Source of the DNA: Verrucomicrobia bacterium ADurb.Bin006
Lineage (GTDB): Bacteria > Verrucomicrobiota > Verrucomicrobiia > Limisphaerales > J093
Length of the DNA stretch: 64,000 bases
Reading direction: 5' to 3'
Assembly: GCA_002071485.1 (NCBI GenBank)
Contig: MWFF01000127.1
Location: forward strand, 310 to 64,309
Part shown: piece by piece, positions 1-8,308 of the stretch
Layout: every line of letters starts with the position of its first letter
How positions within the stretch are numbered: position 1 is the first letter of the stretch
Notes under the pieces: model-generated
The model's database searches: none
Told to the model about the DNA's origin: nothing
Seen by the model: the letters and a program-made list of their open reading frames with translations, nothing else
Position numbers and translations under genes: made by a program

Positions 1-626
1 GTGATGCGCTATCTCGATGTCCTCCGCCGGACGCAGGTGCCCCTCGCGGATCGATTTGAACCAGTCGGCCTTGTGATTCATGTTGAAGTCCTCGTACTCG
101 TCCGTGCGATACACCTCCTGGCCACCGGGAGGCAGTTGAAAAGCGATCGCCTCCGGATTGGCCGGGCGATACCCGCCTTCCCATTCGAGGACCAGATGGC
201 CTTTGTCGCCCCAGAAGACGTTGCCGAATTCGGTCTGGCCGACCTTGTTGCCCGGCTGGCCCCATTCGAGCGTCCAATCCGGATTCCTGAACTGGTAGAC
301 AACGTGCATCTCGATCGGGTTGTCCCACAGGCCGCCGTTTGGGGCGCGGCCGGTCGCTTCGACCGTAAACGACTTCTGATGGTCCGCGTCCATGCACCAC
401 AGCACGGTGCTGAAAACGCAGCATGTTCGCCACGTGGGTCATCCCCCATCCCACCCACGCCGATGTGGGCGACAACGAACCGTTCATTGGCCCCAGGCCG
501 CCCCGTGGCGGCCAACACCCGTCCCGGAATGAGGGTGGGCAAACCGACAACACCGGCGCCCGCGGTCGCAGCGCCCGCGGTGCGGAGGAAGTGGCGGCGA
601 GACAGGGTGCGGACTCGAGTGTTCAT
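1..626 (-). pseudogene. Disrupted Gfo/Idh/MocA-type oxidoreductase: Tat signal and first Rossmann strand, then a frame change into the C-terminal domain. The 3' end runs off the window.
   Basis: From the ATG at 626 the minus strand reads MNTRVRTLSRRHFLRTAGAATAGAG (twin-arginine signal) ... ERFVVAHIGVGGMG (GxGxxG strand). After a C5 run at 443-447 this frame turns into R/S/T-rich junk. A second minus frame, opening right after a TGA at the junction, reads VLWCMDADHQKSFTVEATGRAPNGGLWDNPIEMHVVYQFRNPDWTLEWGQPG...NHKADWFKSIREGHLRPAEDIEIAHH down to position 1. That text looks like the C-terminal domain of the same family. About 200 aa expected between the two pieces are absent. Confidence 0.45.
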
Positions 627-918
627 GCGACTGTGTGTCTGCTCAATTGCGAGTGCGCTCAACGCAGATCGTGAGTCGGCGCCAGACCGCGTGGGTCCAC
701 ATTCTCGAGTTTCAGAGTTCGCCGTGGTCACGACCCCATGAAACATGCGGGCCGGCGAGACACAAGAAGAAGTTGTCGAAAATGCAGGGCCCTGTCGCCG
801 ACACACGCGTCTTCACTTGACATGGCGGGAGGACGGAGCCGTCCCCACTCAGACCTTTTCGACTTCATGAATTGACGCTGTCGAAAACGACACATTGTCG
901 AAAACGAAAAAACGAAGA

Positions 919-947
919 TTGACACGTGTGCGTTCTTCTGGTCTAAT
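919..947 (+). promoter_or_regulatory. Sigma-70-like promoter for rplU-rpmA(-obg)
   Basis: TTGACA at 919-924, a 17-nt spacer, then TCTAAT at 942-947, about 25 nt upstream of the rplU ATG. It lies in an unusually AT-rich patch. Confidence 0.4.
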
Positions 948-971
948 GTGTCGCTTTCGACAGGTTCAGCT

Positions 972-1283
972 ATGTACGCAGTCCTGCAAACAGGCGGCAA
1001 ACAGTATCGCGTCGCAGCGGGCGACACACTCGAAATCGAGCGTCTCGAGGCCGAGGCGGGGCAGCCGGTGACTTTTGACCAGGTCCTGTTGGTCAATCGC
1101 GACGGCCAGGTGTCGGTCGGTTCCCCAACCGTTGCCGGGGCGAGCGTTGTCGGCGACGTGATCGAGCACAAGCGGGGGCCCAAGCTCATCGCGTGGAAGA
1201 TGAAGCGTCGCAAGGGTTACCACCGCAAGGTCGGGCACCGCCAGGAACTGACGGTGGTCAAGATCAAGGAAATCAAGCTCTAG
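972..1283 (+). CDS. rplU: 50S ribosomal protein bL21
   Basis: The ATG at 972 inside ORF 948..1283 gives [23 protein letters not shown]..., the canonical bL21 N-terminus. rpmA follows 10 nt later. Confidence 0.95.
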   Translation: MYAVLQTGGKQYRVAAGDTLEIERLEAEAGQPVTFDQVLLVNRDGQVSVGSPTVAGASVVGDVIEHKRGPKLIAWKMKRRKGYHRKVGHRQELTVVKIKEIKL

Positions 1284-1293
1284 GTTCAGGCTT

Positions 1294-1560
1294 ATGGCAC
1301 ACAAGAAAGGCGGCGGCAGCGTTCGAAACGGCCGCGACAGTCGTGGCAAGCGGCTGGGCGTGAAAGAGTACGGCGGTGAATCCGTGCGCGCCGGCAGCAT
1401 TCTCGTGCGACAGCGCGGCACCAAGTTCTTCGCGGGTACCAACGTCGGCGTCGGACGCGACTGGACGCTCTTTGCGCTGGTCGACGGCAAGGTGCGATTC
1501 GACCGCAACGGACGCCGCGTCAACGTCGAGCCGGCAGGCGCGACTCCGGCGAAGAATTAG
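1294..1560 (+). CDS. rpmA: 50S ribosomal protein bL27
   Basis: [28 protein letters not shown]... is the canonical bL27 sequence. The rplU-rpmA-obg order is conserved. Confidence 0.95.
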   Translation: MAHKKGGGSVRNGRDSRGKRLGVKEYGGESVRAGSILVRQRGTKFFAGTNVGVGRDWTLFALVDGKVRFDRNGRRVNVEPAGATPAKN

Positions 1561-1579
1561 CGGCTTTCACTCCAAGTCG

Positions 1580-1612
1580 AGGCGAGGTGCGCAACCTCGC
1601 CTTTTTCTTTTC
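1580..1612 (+). terminator. Rho-independent terminator/attenuator between rpmA and obg
   Basis: Stem AGGCGAGGT (1580-1588) / ACCTCGCCT (1594-1602) with loop GCGCA, followed by TTTTTCTTTTCT. It ends 3 nt before the obg ATG. Confidence 0.5.
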
Positions 1613-1614
1613 TC

Positions 1615-2799
1615 ATGTTCGTCGACGAAGTCAGAGTCCGCGCTCGGGCCGGCCGAGGCGGGCGCGGTTGCGTGGCTTTCCTGCGCGAGGCCTACCGACC
1701 CAAGGGAGGACCCAGCGGCGGCAACGGCGGCAACGGCGGTCATGTCATTCTCGAAGCCGACCACGATCTGAACAACCTCATCGCTCAGTATTACCAGCCG
1801 CATTTGACGGCCGAGCATGGCGAGCATGGCATGGGCAAAGGCATGGATGGCCGCGCCGGAAAGGACCTTGTCGTGAAGGTCCCCTGCGGCACCCTGGTCT
1901 GGCGTTTGCCCTCCCCACCAACCGAATCCCGACTGCCCCCCGCCACACCCGCCGATTCGACGGCTCCAGAGGAAGGTCTCCGCCCTGCCGAGGCCTTTGC
2001 CAGTCCCCGAATCCTCGACGGCCCAGCCGGTCGAGCCATCGAGATCGATCTCGAGGCGGCTGAGCCGCGGGTGTCATCTGACCAGAACGAACCCCAAAAA
2101 GGAGAACTGGTTGCTGATCTCGTCGAGCATCGACAGCGTTTCGTGCTGTGTCGTGGCGGGCGCGGCGGCCTGGGCAACCGGAATTTCGCGACCGCCCGTC
2201 GCCAGGCGCCCCGGTTCGCCCAACCCGGCGAACCAGGCGAATCGGGCGAGTTCCGACTCGAACTGCGACTGATCGCTGATGTCGGCTTGGTCGGCTTTCC
2301 CAACGCTGGCAAGTCGACTCTCCTGACCGCCATTTCGAAAGCGCGGCCCAGAATCGCCCCCTACCCCTTTACCACGCTCACCCCGAAGATCGGCATCGTC
2401 GAGTACCCGGATTGGGCTCGACTCAAGGTCTGTGATATTCCCGGCCTGATCGAGGGGGCGCATCGGAACCTCGGTCTGGGCCATGCCTTCCTGCGCCACA
2501 TCGCGCGCTGCAAGGTCATCGTTCTGGTCATCGATATGGCCGGCACGGACGGACGCCAGCCCTGGGACGACTGTCGTCAACTGCTCAAAGAACTCGAATT
2601 GCACGATCCGGACCTGTTGAACCGGCCGCGCCTGGTGGTTGCCAACAAGATGGACGAACCCGCCGCCGGCCCCAACCTGCGCTCGTTCAAACGCCGCATC
2701 CCGCGCACCGAGGTGCTTCGCATGGCCGCGGCGTTTGATGAGGGCATCGACGAGTTCAAAAACCGCATCCGCGCCGCGGTCCAAGACGCTAGTCATTGA
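1615..2799 (+). CDS. obg: GTPase Obg/CgtA, carrying a ~65-aa low-complexity insertion in the Obg-fold domain
   Basis: MFVDEVRVRARAGRGGRGCVAFLRE...GGPSGGNGGNGGHV is the glycine-rich Obg fold. G motifs are GFPNAGKSTLL, DIPGLIEGA and NKMD. Confidence 0.93.
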   Translation: MFVDEVRVRARAGRGGRGCVAFLREAYRPKGGPSGGNGGNGGHVILEADHDLNNLIAQYYQPHLTAEHGEHGMGKGMDGRAGKDLVVKVPCGTLVWRLPSPPTESRLPPATPADSTAPEEGLRPAEAFASPRILDGPAGRAIEIDLEAAEPRVSSDQNEPQKGELVADLVEHRQRFVLCRGGRGGLGNRNFATARRQAPRFAQPGEPGESGEFRLELRLIADVGLVGFPNAGKSTLLTAISKARPRIAPYPFTTLTPKIGIVEYPDWARLKVCDIPGLIEGAHRNLGLGHAFLRHIARCKVIVLVIDMAGTDGRQPWDDCRQLLKELELHDPDLLNRPRLVVANKMDEPAAGPNLRSFKRRIPRTEVLRMAAAFDEGIDEFKNRIRAAVQDASH

Positions 2800-2802
2800 G
2801 TT

Positions 2803-3069
2803 TTAAAAAACCAGCACCGTGAAGAGCGCTTGCACCCGCTCCTGCCCGAAGGGCAAGGCGGAGACATGCTGGCCGTCGACCTGGGCCGGTTTTTGGAGTT
2901 GATCGAACGCCTCGGCTTCGATGTGGCAGTCGTGAGTCAATTGCTCGACCTGTAGCACGCGTCGATTGGCGGCAAAGCCAATCTGGCGCAGCGCCGGGTG
3001 GTTTTTGAGGCGTCGCCGCTCCACTTGATGAATTGGCCCTGCTCTCCCCGACTTTGTGGTGAATCCCAT
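2803..3069 (-). CDS. Small hypothetical protein (88 aa from MGFTTKSGRAG...), unrecognised
   Basis: Part of ORF 2803..3243. Third-position GC is high in the 3' half (e.g. ...cag gtc gac ggc cag cat gtc tcc gcc ttg ccc ttc ggg...). I recognise no family and the start is a guess. Confidence 0.3.
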   Translation of the reverse strand: MGFTTKSGRAGPIHQVERRRLKNHPALRQIGFAANRRVLQVEQLTHDCHIEAEAFDQLQKPAQVDGQHVSALPFGQERVQALFTVLVF

Positions 3070-3232
3070 CCGATGACAGCCACCGTCTCGGATTGAACCG
3101 CAGAGACGCAAAGAAGAAGGGAATTTAGAAAGCCACGGATGGGAAGGTTTGGTCTGGGGTTGAACCTGATGGTCTCCGGCTGATCGGCGTCCATTCTCTG
3201 ACCGCTGGCCCCATGGCTCGCTTTCTGCTAGG

Positions 3233-6200
3233 ATGCCCTTCATGCAGCACTGTTTGGCCTTGTTGAGCGCTTGCCTGGCTGTCGAACTGACCCTCTGGTC
3301 GATCCGGGCCGACGTGGTTATGAACGAGATCCATCACTCGCCCGACGTGAAGACCGAGCCGGTCGAGTTCATCGAGCTCTACAACTCCGGCACCACAGAC
3401 GTCGACCTCTCGGGCTGGGCGTTCACGGCGGGAATCGACTTTGTCATCCCCAACGGCACCACGCTCCCCGCCGGCGGCTACCTCGTCGTCGCTCAAAACC
3501 CGTCCGCCTTGAAATCCAAGTTCGGCGTCGACGCCCTCGGCCCCTGGAAAGGCCGCTTGGCCGGTGAAGGCGAGAAGGTTGAGCTGCGCGACGCCGCCCG
3601 CCAGATCGTCGACAGCGTCGATTATCGACTCGGTTTTCCCTGGCCCACCGTCGGGGACGCGCCCGGCTACTCGATGGAACTGATTCATCCGGAGATCGAC
3701 AACGACCTGGGCGGGCATTGGCGCGCGTCGTTCGTCGGCGGCGGCCAGCAACAGAGCACGCTGCTGTTCGATGCCGGCGCCGAGTGGCGCGTTTTCAAGG
3801 GAACGCAACCCCCGCCCGCCAACTGGCGCGATCTTGCCTTCAACGACAGCACCTGGATCGGCGGCCCGGCGCCGGTCGGCTACGACCCCAGCGTTCGCAT
3901 GGGAACACCCCTCGACGACATGCGCAGCGGTTACCTCGACTTCTTCATCCGCCGGACGTTCCGGGTCGTCGACGCCGCATCGGTGACCTCGCTCTCCCTC
4001 GAGGCGCTCTACGACGACGGCTTCAAGCTCTGGATCAACGGCAACAACCTCCTGAACCTGGCCATGCCCAACGGCGAGGTGCCTTACAATCAAGCGGCCA
4101 ATCCCGCGCGCGAGAACAATGCCTATGATCGGCACGAGATTGCCCTGCCCCCCGGCCTGCTGCGCGAGGGTGACAACGTGATTGCTGTGCAGGTGGCCAA
4201 CAATAACCTGGGGTACAGTTCCGACGCGTTCTTCGATTGCCGCCTCCGGGCGACTGTGGGCCCCACCGGAATCGGGCCAACGCCCGGCCGGCTTAACGCG
4301 ACCTTCACCGCGCGCATCCCGCCCGCCATTCGCCAGGTCGAACACCAGCCGCGCCAGCCCGGCTCCGGTCGCCCTGTCCGCATCTCGGCAAAGGTCACCT
4401 CCGCTTCAGGGCTGGCCCATGTGACCCTCGAATACCAAGCGATCGCCCCGGGCAACTACATCGAATTGTCGGACGAGTCTTATGCGTCGACTTGGACCGC
4501 GGTGTCGATGAACGACGCCGGTCTCGAGGGGGATGCGCAGGCCGGAGACGACATCTACACCGCCACGCTGCCTGCATCTCTCCAACAGCATCGCCACCTG
4601 GTCCGCTACCGGTTCAAGGCGGCGGATTTGGCGGGCGTGAGCGTTTCCGCACCCTATCCCGACGATCCACAGCCGAACTTCGCGTATTTCTGCTATGACG
4701 GCGTCCCCGCCTGGACCGGCGCCGTCTGTCCCGGCGCCGCGGGCGCCCTCGGACGAACGTTCATCGTCGGCGAGGAGGAAATGAACCGCCTCCCGGTATA
4801 CCACTTGATTGCCAAGCGCAAAGCGGTCGAGGATTGCACCTGGTACGACCGTTCGCACGGGGACGAGTACTTCTGGCAAGGCACCCTCGTTTACGACGGC
4901 CGCGTCTACGATCACATCCACTTCCGCCCCCGAGGGGGCGTCTGGCGCTATGCCATGGGCAAGAACATGTGGAAATTCAATTTCAATCGCGGACACGACT
5001 TCGAGCCGCGAGACAACTGGGGACGAAAACTGAAGACGGCCTGGACCAAGCTCAATCTCGGCGCCAACATCCAGCAAGGGGATTATATGCACCGCGGCGA
5101 GCAGGGCCTCTTCGAAAGCGTCGGCTTCCGCCTTTTCCAACTCGTCGGTCTGCCGTCCATGCACACGATGTTCGTCCAGTTCCGCATCATCGACGCTCCG
5201 CAGGAAACCGTCCCCAACGACCAGTACTCCGGCGATTTCTGGGGGCTCTACCTGGCCATCGAGCAGCCCAACGGGCGATTTCTCGACGAGCACGGACTGG
5301 CCGACGGCAACTTCTACAAGATGGAAGGCGGCTGGGGCGATCCCAACAACATCGGCCCACTCGGCCCGACCGACTATTCCGATCTGCGGGATTTCATGAA
5401 CACGTACAACAGCCGCCCGCCCGAATCGTGGTGGCGCGCCAACCTCAACCTGCGCGCCTACTACGGTTACCAGGCCATCGTCCAGGCCATCCACCACTAC
5501 GACATCGCCGACGGCAAAAACTACTTCTATCACCGCGACCCCCAGACCGGGGTGTGGACCGTCGTTCCGTGGGACCTCGACTTGACCTGGGCCGACAACA
5601 TGTACCGGGGGGGACAGACGGGCGGTGACGAGCCGTTCAAGAGCCGCCTCCTCTCCAATTTCTCCACCAATCCCGCCTATCCCGCAATCGTACGGGAATT
5701 CCGGAATCGCGTCCGCGAAATCCGCGATTTGCTCTGGAATTCTGACGAAGCCTTCCGGCTGATCGACGACTACGCGCGCCTGGTCCGGGGTACGAACGCA
5801 GCTTCGATCATCGACGCCGACCGCGCCCAATGGGACTACAACCCGCTGATGAACAACAGCAGCATCGTCAACCTCAGCAAGGCGGGCACGGGACGTTTCT
5901 ACCAGGTGGGCACTCCCACCAGGGACTTCGCTGGCATGGTGCAACTCATGAAGAACTACGTCGGTTACCGCGCCACCAACGCTGCCTTCTCGCTCGATAC
6001 CATAGCCGACGAACCGCAGCGCCCCGCCCGCCCCACGCTCACATACATCGGCCCCGAAGGCTATCCGGCCAACCGGCTCCGCTTCCGCGCGACACCCTTC
6101 AACGGCAGCGCGTTAGCGGCCATCGAGTGGCGCGCCGCCGAGGTTTCCCGCGCCGGTCACCCGGCATTCGACCCCGCCCAACCGGGGGCCTATGAAATCA

Positions 6201-8302
6201 CCCCGGTTTGGGAGAGTGGACCGATCGCCGATCCCTCTCCCGAATACGCCCTGCCGCAGGTGGCCTGGCGCATTGGCCATCTTTATCGGGTGCGCGCGCG
6301 CTACCTCGATACCGCCGGGCGAGCAAGCAACTGGTCGCCTCCCATCGAGTTCACGCCCGGCCCATCCGACACCGCGGACGCGCTCGTGCAGCACCTGTGT
6401 CTTTCCGAGTTGATGTACAACCCGATCGGCGGCAGCGATTTCGAGTTCATCGAACTGCACAATCGCAGCCTCGACTTCGCGCTCGACCTGGGTGGCGCCA
6501 CGTTCACCGCGGGCGTCGACTTCACCTTTCCAAGCGATACCAGCCTCCCCCCGGGCGGCTACCTCCTCCTTACCCGCGCATCGACACCCGAGCAGCAGAA
6601 CGCCTTCCGCGCCTTCTACCAACTCGACGAGACCGTGGCCATCGTCGGCCCCTACGCCGGAGCCCTGGCCAACGAAGGGGAAACCGTGACCCTCAAGACA
6701 GCGCCCAACGGGACCACGATCTTCTCGGTGAAGTACGGCGATGGACGTGGCTGGCCCCTGGCGGCCGACGGTGCAGGCCACTCGTTGATCCCCGAGACCG
6801 AAGCGGTTTCCGGACAGCGCGCCGGCTGGCTGGATTACGGCGGCAACTGGCGTGCCAGCACGTTCCTGAACGGATCGCCCGGGCGCGCCGATCCCGAACC
6901 GCCGCCAGGCCCGGTCATCAACGAACTCATGGCGCAAACCCATCTGACCGATCCGCGGTATCCCCAATACGACTCGAACGATTGGATCGAACTGCACAAT
7001 GCCGGCCCCCTCGAGGTCAATCTCGCCGGCTGGTATCTCAGCGACAATGCGGCTCAGCTCGATAAATGGGCCATCCCCGATCTCGACCTGCCGCCCGGAG
7101 CCTTCATTACCTTCGACGAAGTCACCGGGTTCCACACGCCCATCACATCCGGCTTCGGCCTAAACGGCACCGGCGAGGAGTTGTTCCTTTCCCATCTGCC
7201 GGGCGGGAACGAGAACCGGGTGGTCGACGCGGTCCGGTTCAAGGGACAAGAAGAGGGATTCTCCTGGGGACGCGCATTGGACTTTCCGAGCCACTGGCGT
7301 CGTCTTGTGCCGACGCGTGGCGCGGCCAACCTCGAGGCGGACTGCGCGATTACGATCAGCGAGATCATGTACCACCCCTATGACAAACGGGAGGGCACAG
7401 ACCTCGTCGACAACACGGCCGATGAGTACGTCGAGTTGCACAACCCCGGCTCCGCGCCTGTCGCGCTCCACGACACCAACGGCGTCTGGCGATTGGACGG
7501 TGGTGTGAGATTCCTCTTCCCAACCAACACGATCCTCGAACCTGGCGCCTCTCTCCTCGTGGTCTCGTTCGACCCGGCGCATGCCGCCATTCTCGCCTTA
7601 TTCCGACAGAAGTACGGCATCGCCGGTCTCGATGTGGCGATTCTCGGGCCCTATGCGGGAACACTCGGCAATGCAACCGACCGCGTTGCCATCGAGAAAC
7701 CGCTGGCCCGGAAGACCCCCGACGATCCGCCTGCATGGGCCATCCTGGATGAAGTGATCTACGGCAGCGGATGGCCGTGGCCGCAGGCGTGGCCTGCTGG
7801 ACAAGGAGCGTCACTCCAACGAGTCGGCACGGGCACAGGCAACGCCCCGGACGCCTGGCGTCCCTGGTGGCCTACGCCCGGCTTCGACAACTTCAGAGAG
7901 TCGTTGTCCGATTTCGACGGCGACGCCTTGCCGGACTGGTGGGAGACGGAGATGGGACTCGACCCCCTGGACCCAAGCGGAGACAACGGTGTCGAGGGCG
8001 ATCCGGACGCCGATGGGCTGGCGAACTGGCTGGAGTTCGAGGGACGTACCGATCCGCGCGCCACAACGCTCCGGCTCTTCTCCATCGAGCGCCTGGAGGC
8101 CGGCGTGGAATTGCGGTTCAATCAGCCTGCTGGGTACGCGGTGCAACTCGAGGCAGCCAACTCGATCGAAGCCACAGCGTGGGAAGTCATTGTCAGCTTT
8201 CCCGGCCAGGCCTCCGCTCGCATTGCAGTCGCTACCGACCTGCCCCCCGGAGCAGCGTCCGCCCGGTTCTACAGGCCACAGGGTCAGCCCTTAAATCAAT
8301 AG
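3233..8302 (+). CDS. Secreted 1689-aa CotH-kinase-family protein with four lamin-tail domains and a C-terminal acidic Ca-binding-like repeat
   Basis: Signal-like N-terminus MPFMQHCLALLSACLAVE. LTD signatures are VVMNEIHHSP..EFIELYNSGTTDVDLSGWAF, LSELMYNP..FEFIELHN, VINELMAQ..DWIELHNAGPLEVNLAGWYLSD and ISEIMYHP..EYVELHNPG. The CotH core reads YLAIEQPNGRFLDEHGL..GNFYKMEG...HHYDIADGKNYFYHRDPQTGVWTVVPWDLDLTW. The tail reads DFDGDALPDWWE..DPLDPSGDNGVEGDPDADGLANWLE. Confidence 0.85.
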   Translation: MPFMQHCLALLSACLAVELTLWSIRADVVMNEIHHSPDVKTEPVEFIELYNSGTTDVDLSGWAFTAGIDFVIPNGTTLPAGGYLVVAQNPSALKSKFGVDALGPWKGRLAGEGEKVELRDAARQIVDSVDYRLGFPWPTVGDAPGYSMELIHPEIDNDLGGHWRASFVGGGQQQSTLLFDAGAEWRVFKGTQPPPANWRDLAFNDSTWIGGPAPVGYDPSVRMGTPLDDMRSGYLDFFIRRTFRVVDAASVTSLSLEALYDDGFKLWINGNNLLNLAMPNGEVPYNQAANPARENNAYDRHEIALPPGLLREGDNVIAVQVANNNLGYSSDAFFDCRLRATVGPTGIGPTPGRLNATFTARIPPAIRQVEHQPRQPGSGRPVRISAKVTSASGLAHVTLEYQAIAPGNYIELSDESYASTWTAVSMNDAGLEGDAQAGDDIYTATLPASLQQHRHLVRYRFKAADLAGVSVSAPYPDDPQPNFAYFCYDGVPAWTGAVCPGAAGALGRTFIVGEEEMNRLPVYHLIAKRKAVEDCTWYDRSHGDEYFWQGTLVYDGRVYDHIHFRPRGGVWRYAMGKNMWKFNFNRGHDFEPRDNWGRKLKTAWTKLNLGANIQQGDYMHRGEQGLFESVGFRLFQLVGLPSMHTMFVQFRIIDAPQETVPNDQYSGDFWGLYLAIEQPNGRFLDEHGLADGNFYKMEGGWGDPNNIGPLGPTDYSDLRDFMNTYNSRPPESWWRANLNLRAYYGYQAIVQAIHHYDIADGKNYFYHRDPQTGVWTVVPWDLDLTWADNMYRGGQTGGDEPFKSRLLSNFSTNPAYPAIVREFRNRVREIRDLLWNSDEAFRLIDDYARLVRGTNAASIIDADRAQWDYNPLMNNSSIVNLSKAGTGRFYQVGTPTRDFAGMVQLMKNYVGYRATNAAFSLDTIADEPQRPARPTLTYIGPEGYPANRLRFRATPFNGSALAAIEWRAAEVSRAGHPAFDPAQPGAYEITPVWESGPIADPSPEYALPQVAWRIGHLYRVRARYLDTAGRASNWSPPIEFTPGPSDTADALVQHLCLSELMYNPIGGSDFEFIELHNRSLDFALDLGGATFTAGVDFTFPSDTSLPPGGYLLLTRASTPEQQNAFRAFYQLDETVAIVGPYAGALANEGETVTLKTAPNGTTIFSVKYGDGRGWPLAADGAGHSLIPETEAVSGQRAGWLDYGGNWRASTFLNGSPGRADPEPPPGPVINELMAQTHLTDPRYPQYDSNDWIELHNAGPLEVNLAGWYLSDNAAQLDKWAIPDLDLPPGAFITFDEVTGFHTPITSGFGLNGTGEELFLSHLPGGNENRVVDAVRFKGQEEGFSWGRALDFPSHWRRLVPTRGAANLEADCAITISEIMYHPYDKREGTDLVDNTADEYVELHNPGSAPVALHDTNGVWRLDGGVRFLFPTNTILEPGASLLVVSFDPAHAAILALFRQKYGIAGLDVAILGPYAGTLGNATDRVAIEKPLARKTPDDPPAWAILDEVIYGSGWPWPQAWPAGQGASLQRVGTGTGNAPDAWRPWWPTPGFDNFRESLSDFDGDALPDWWETEMGLDPLDPSGDNGVEGDPDADGLANWLEFEGRTDPRATTLRLFSIERLEAGVELRFNQPAGYAVQLEAANSIEATAWEVIVSFPGQASARIAVATDLPPGAASARFYRPQGQPLNQ

Positions 8303-8308
8303 TCAGGC

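Noticed and set aside
1-741. Plus-strand ORF 1..741 (246 aa) at the window start.
   Set aside because: It is the antisense of the Tat-signal oxidoreductase remnant. The minus-strand reading contains recognisable RRxFL and GxGxxG motifs, and the plus-strand reading has none.
4406-5944. Long antisense ORFs opposite real genes. Examples: 3125..4345(-), 4406..5944(-), 6113..7135(-), 13927..15969(-), 19238..20869(-), 22355..23992(-), 28615..29829(-), 39759..41756(-), 43877..44920(-), 48713..50062(+), 52150..53709(+), 55157..56368(+), 56789..58663(-), 60209..61807(-).
   Set aside because: Each lies opposite a gene with strong family signatures. Their translations are R/G/A/P-rich low-complexity strings with no motifs. 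Long shadow ORFs are expected in GC-rich DNA.
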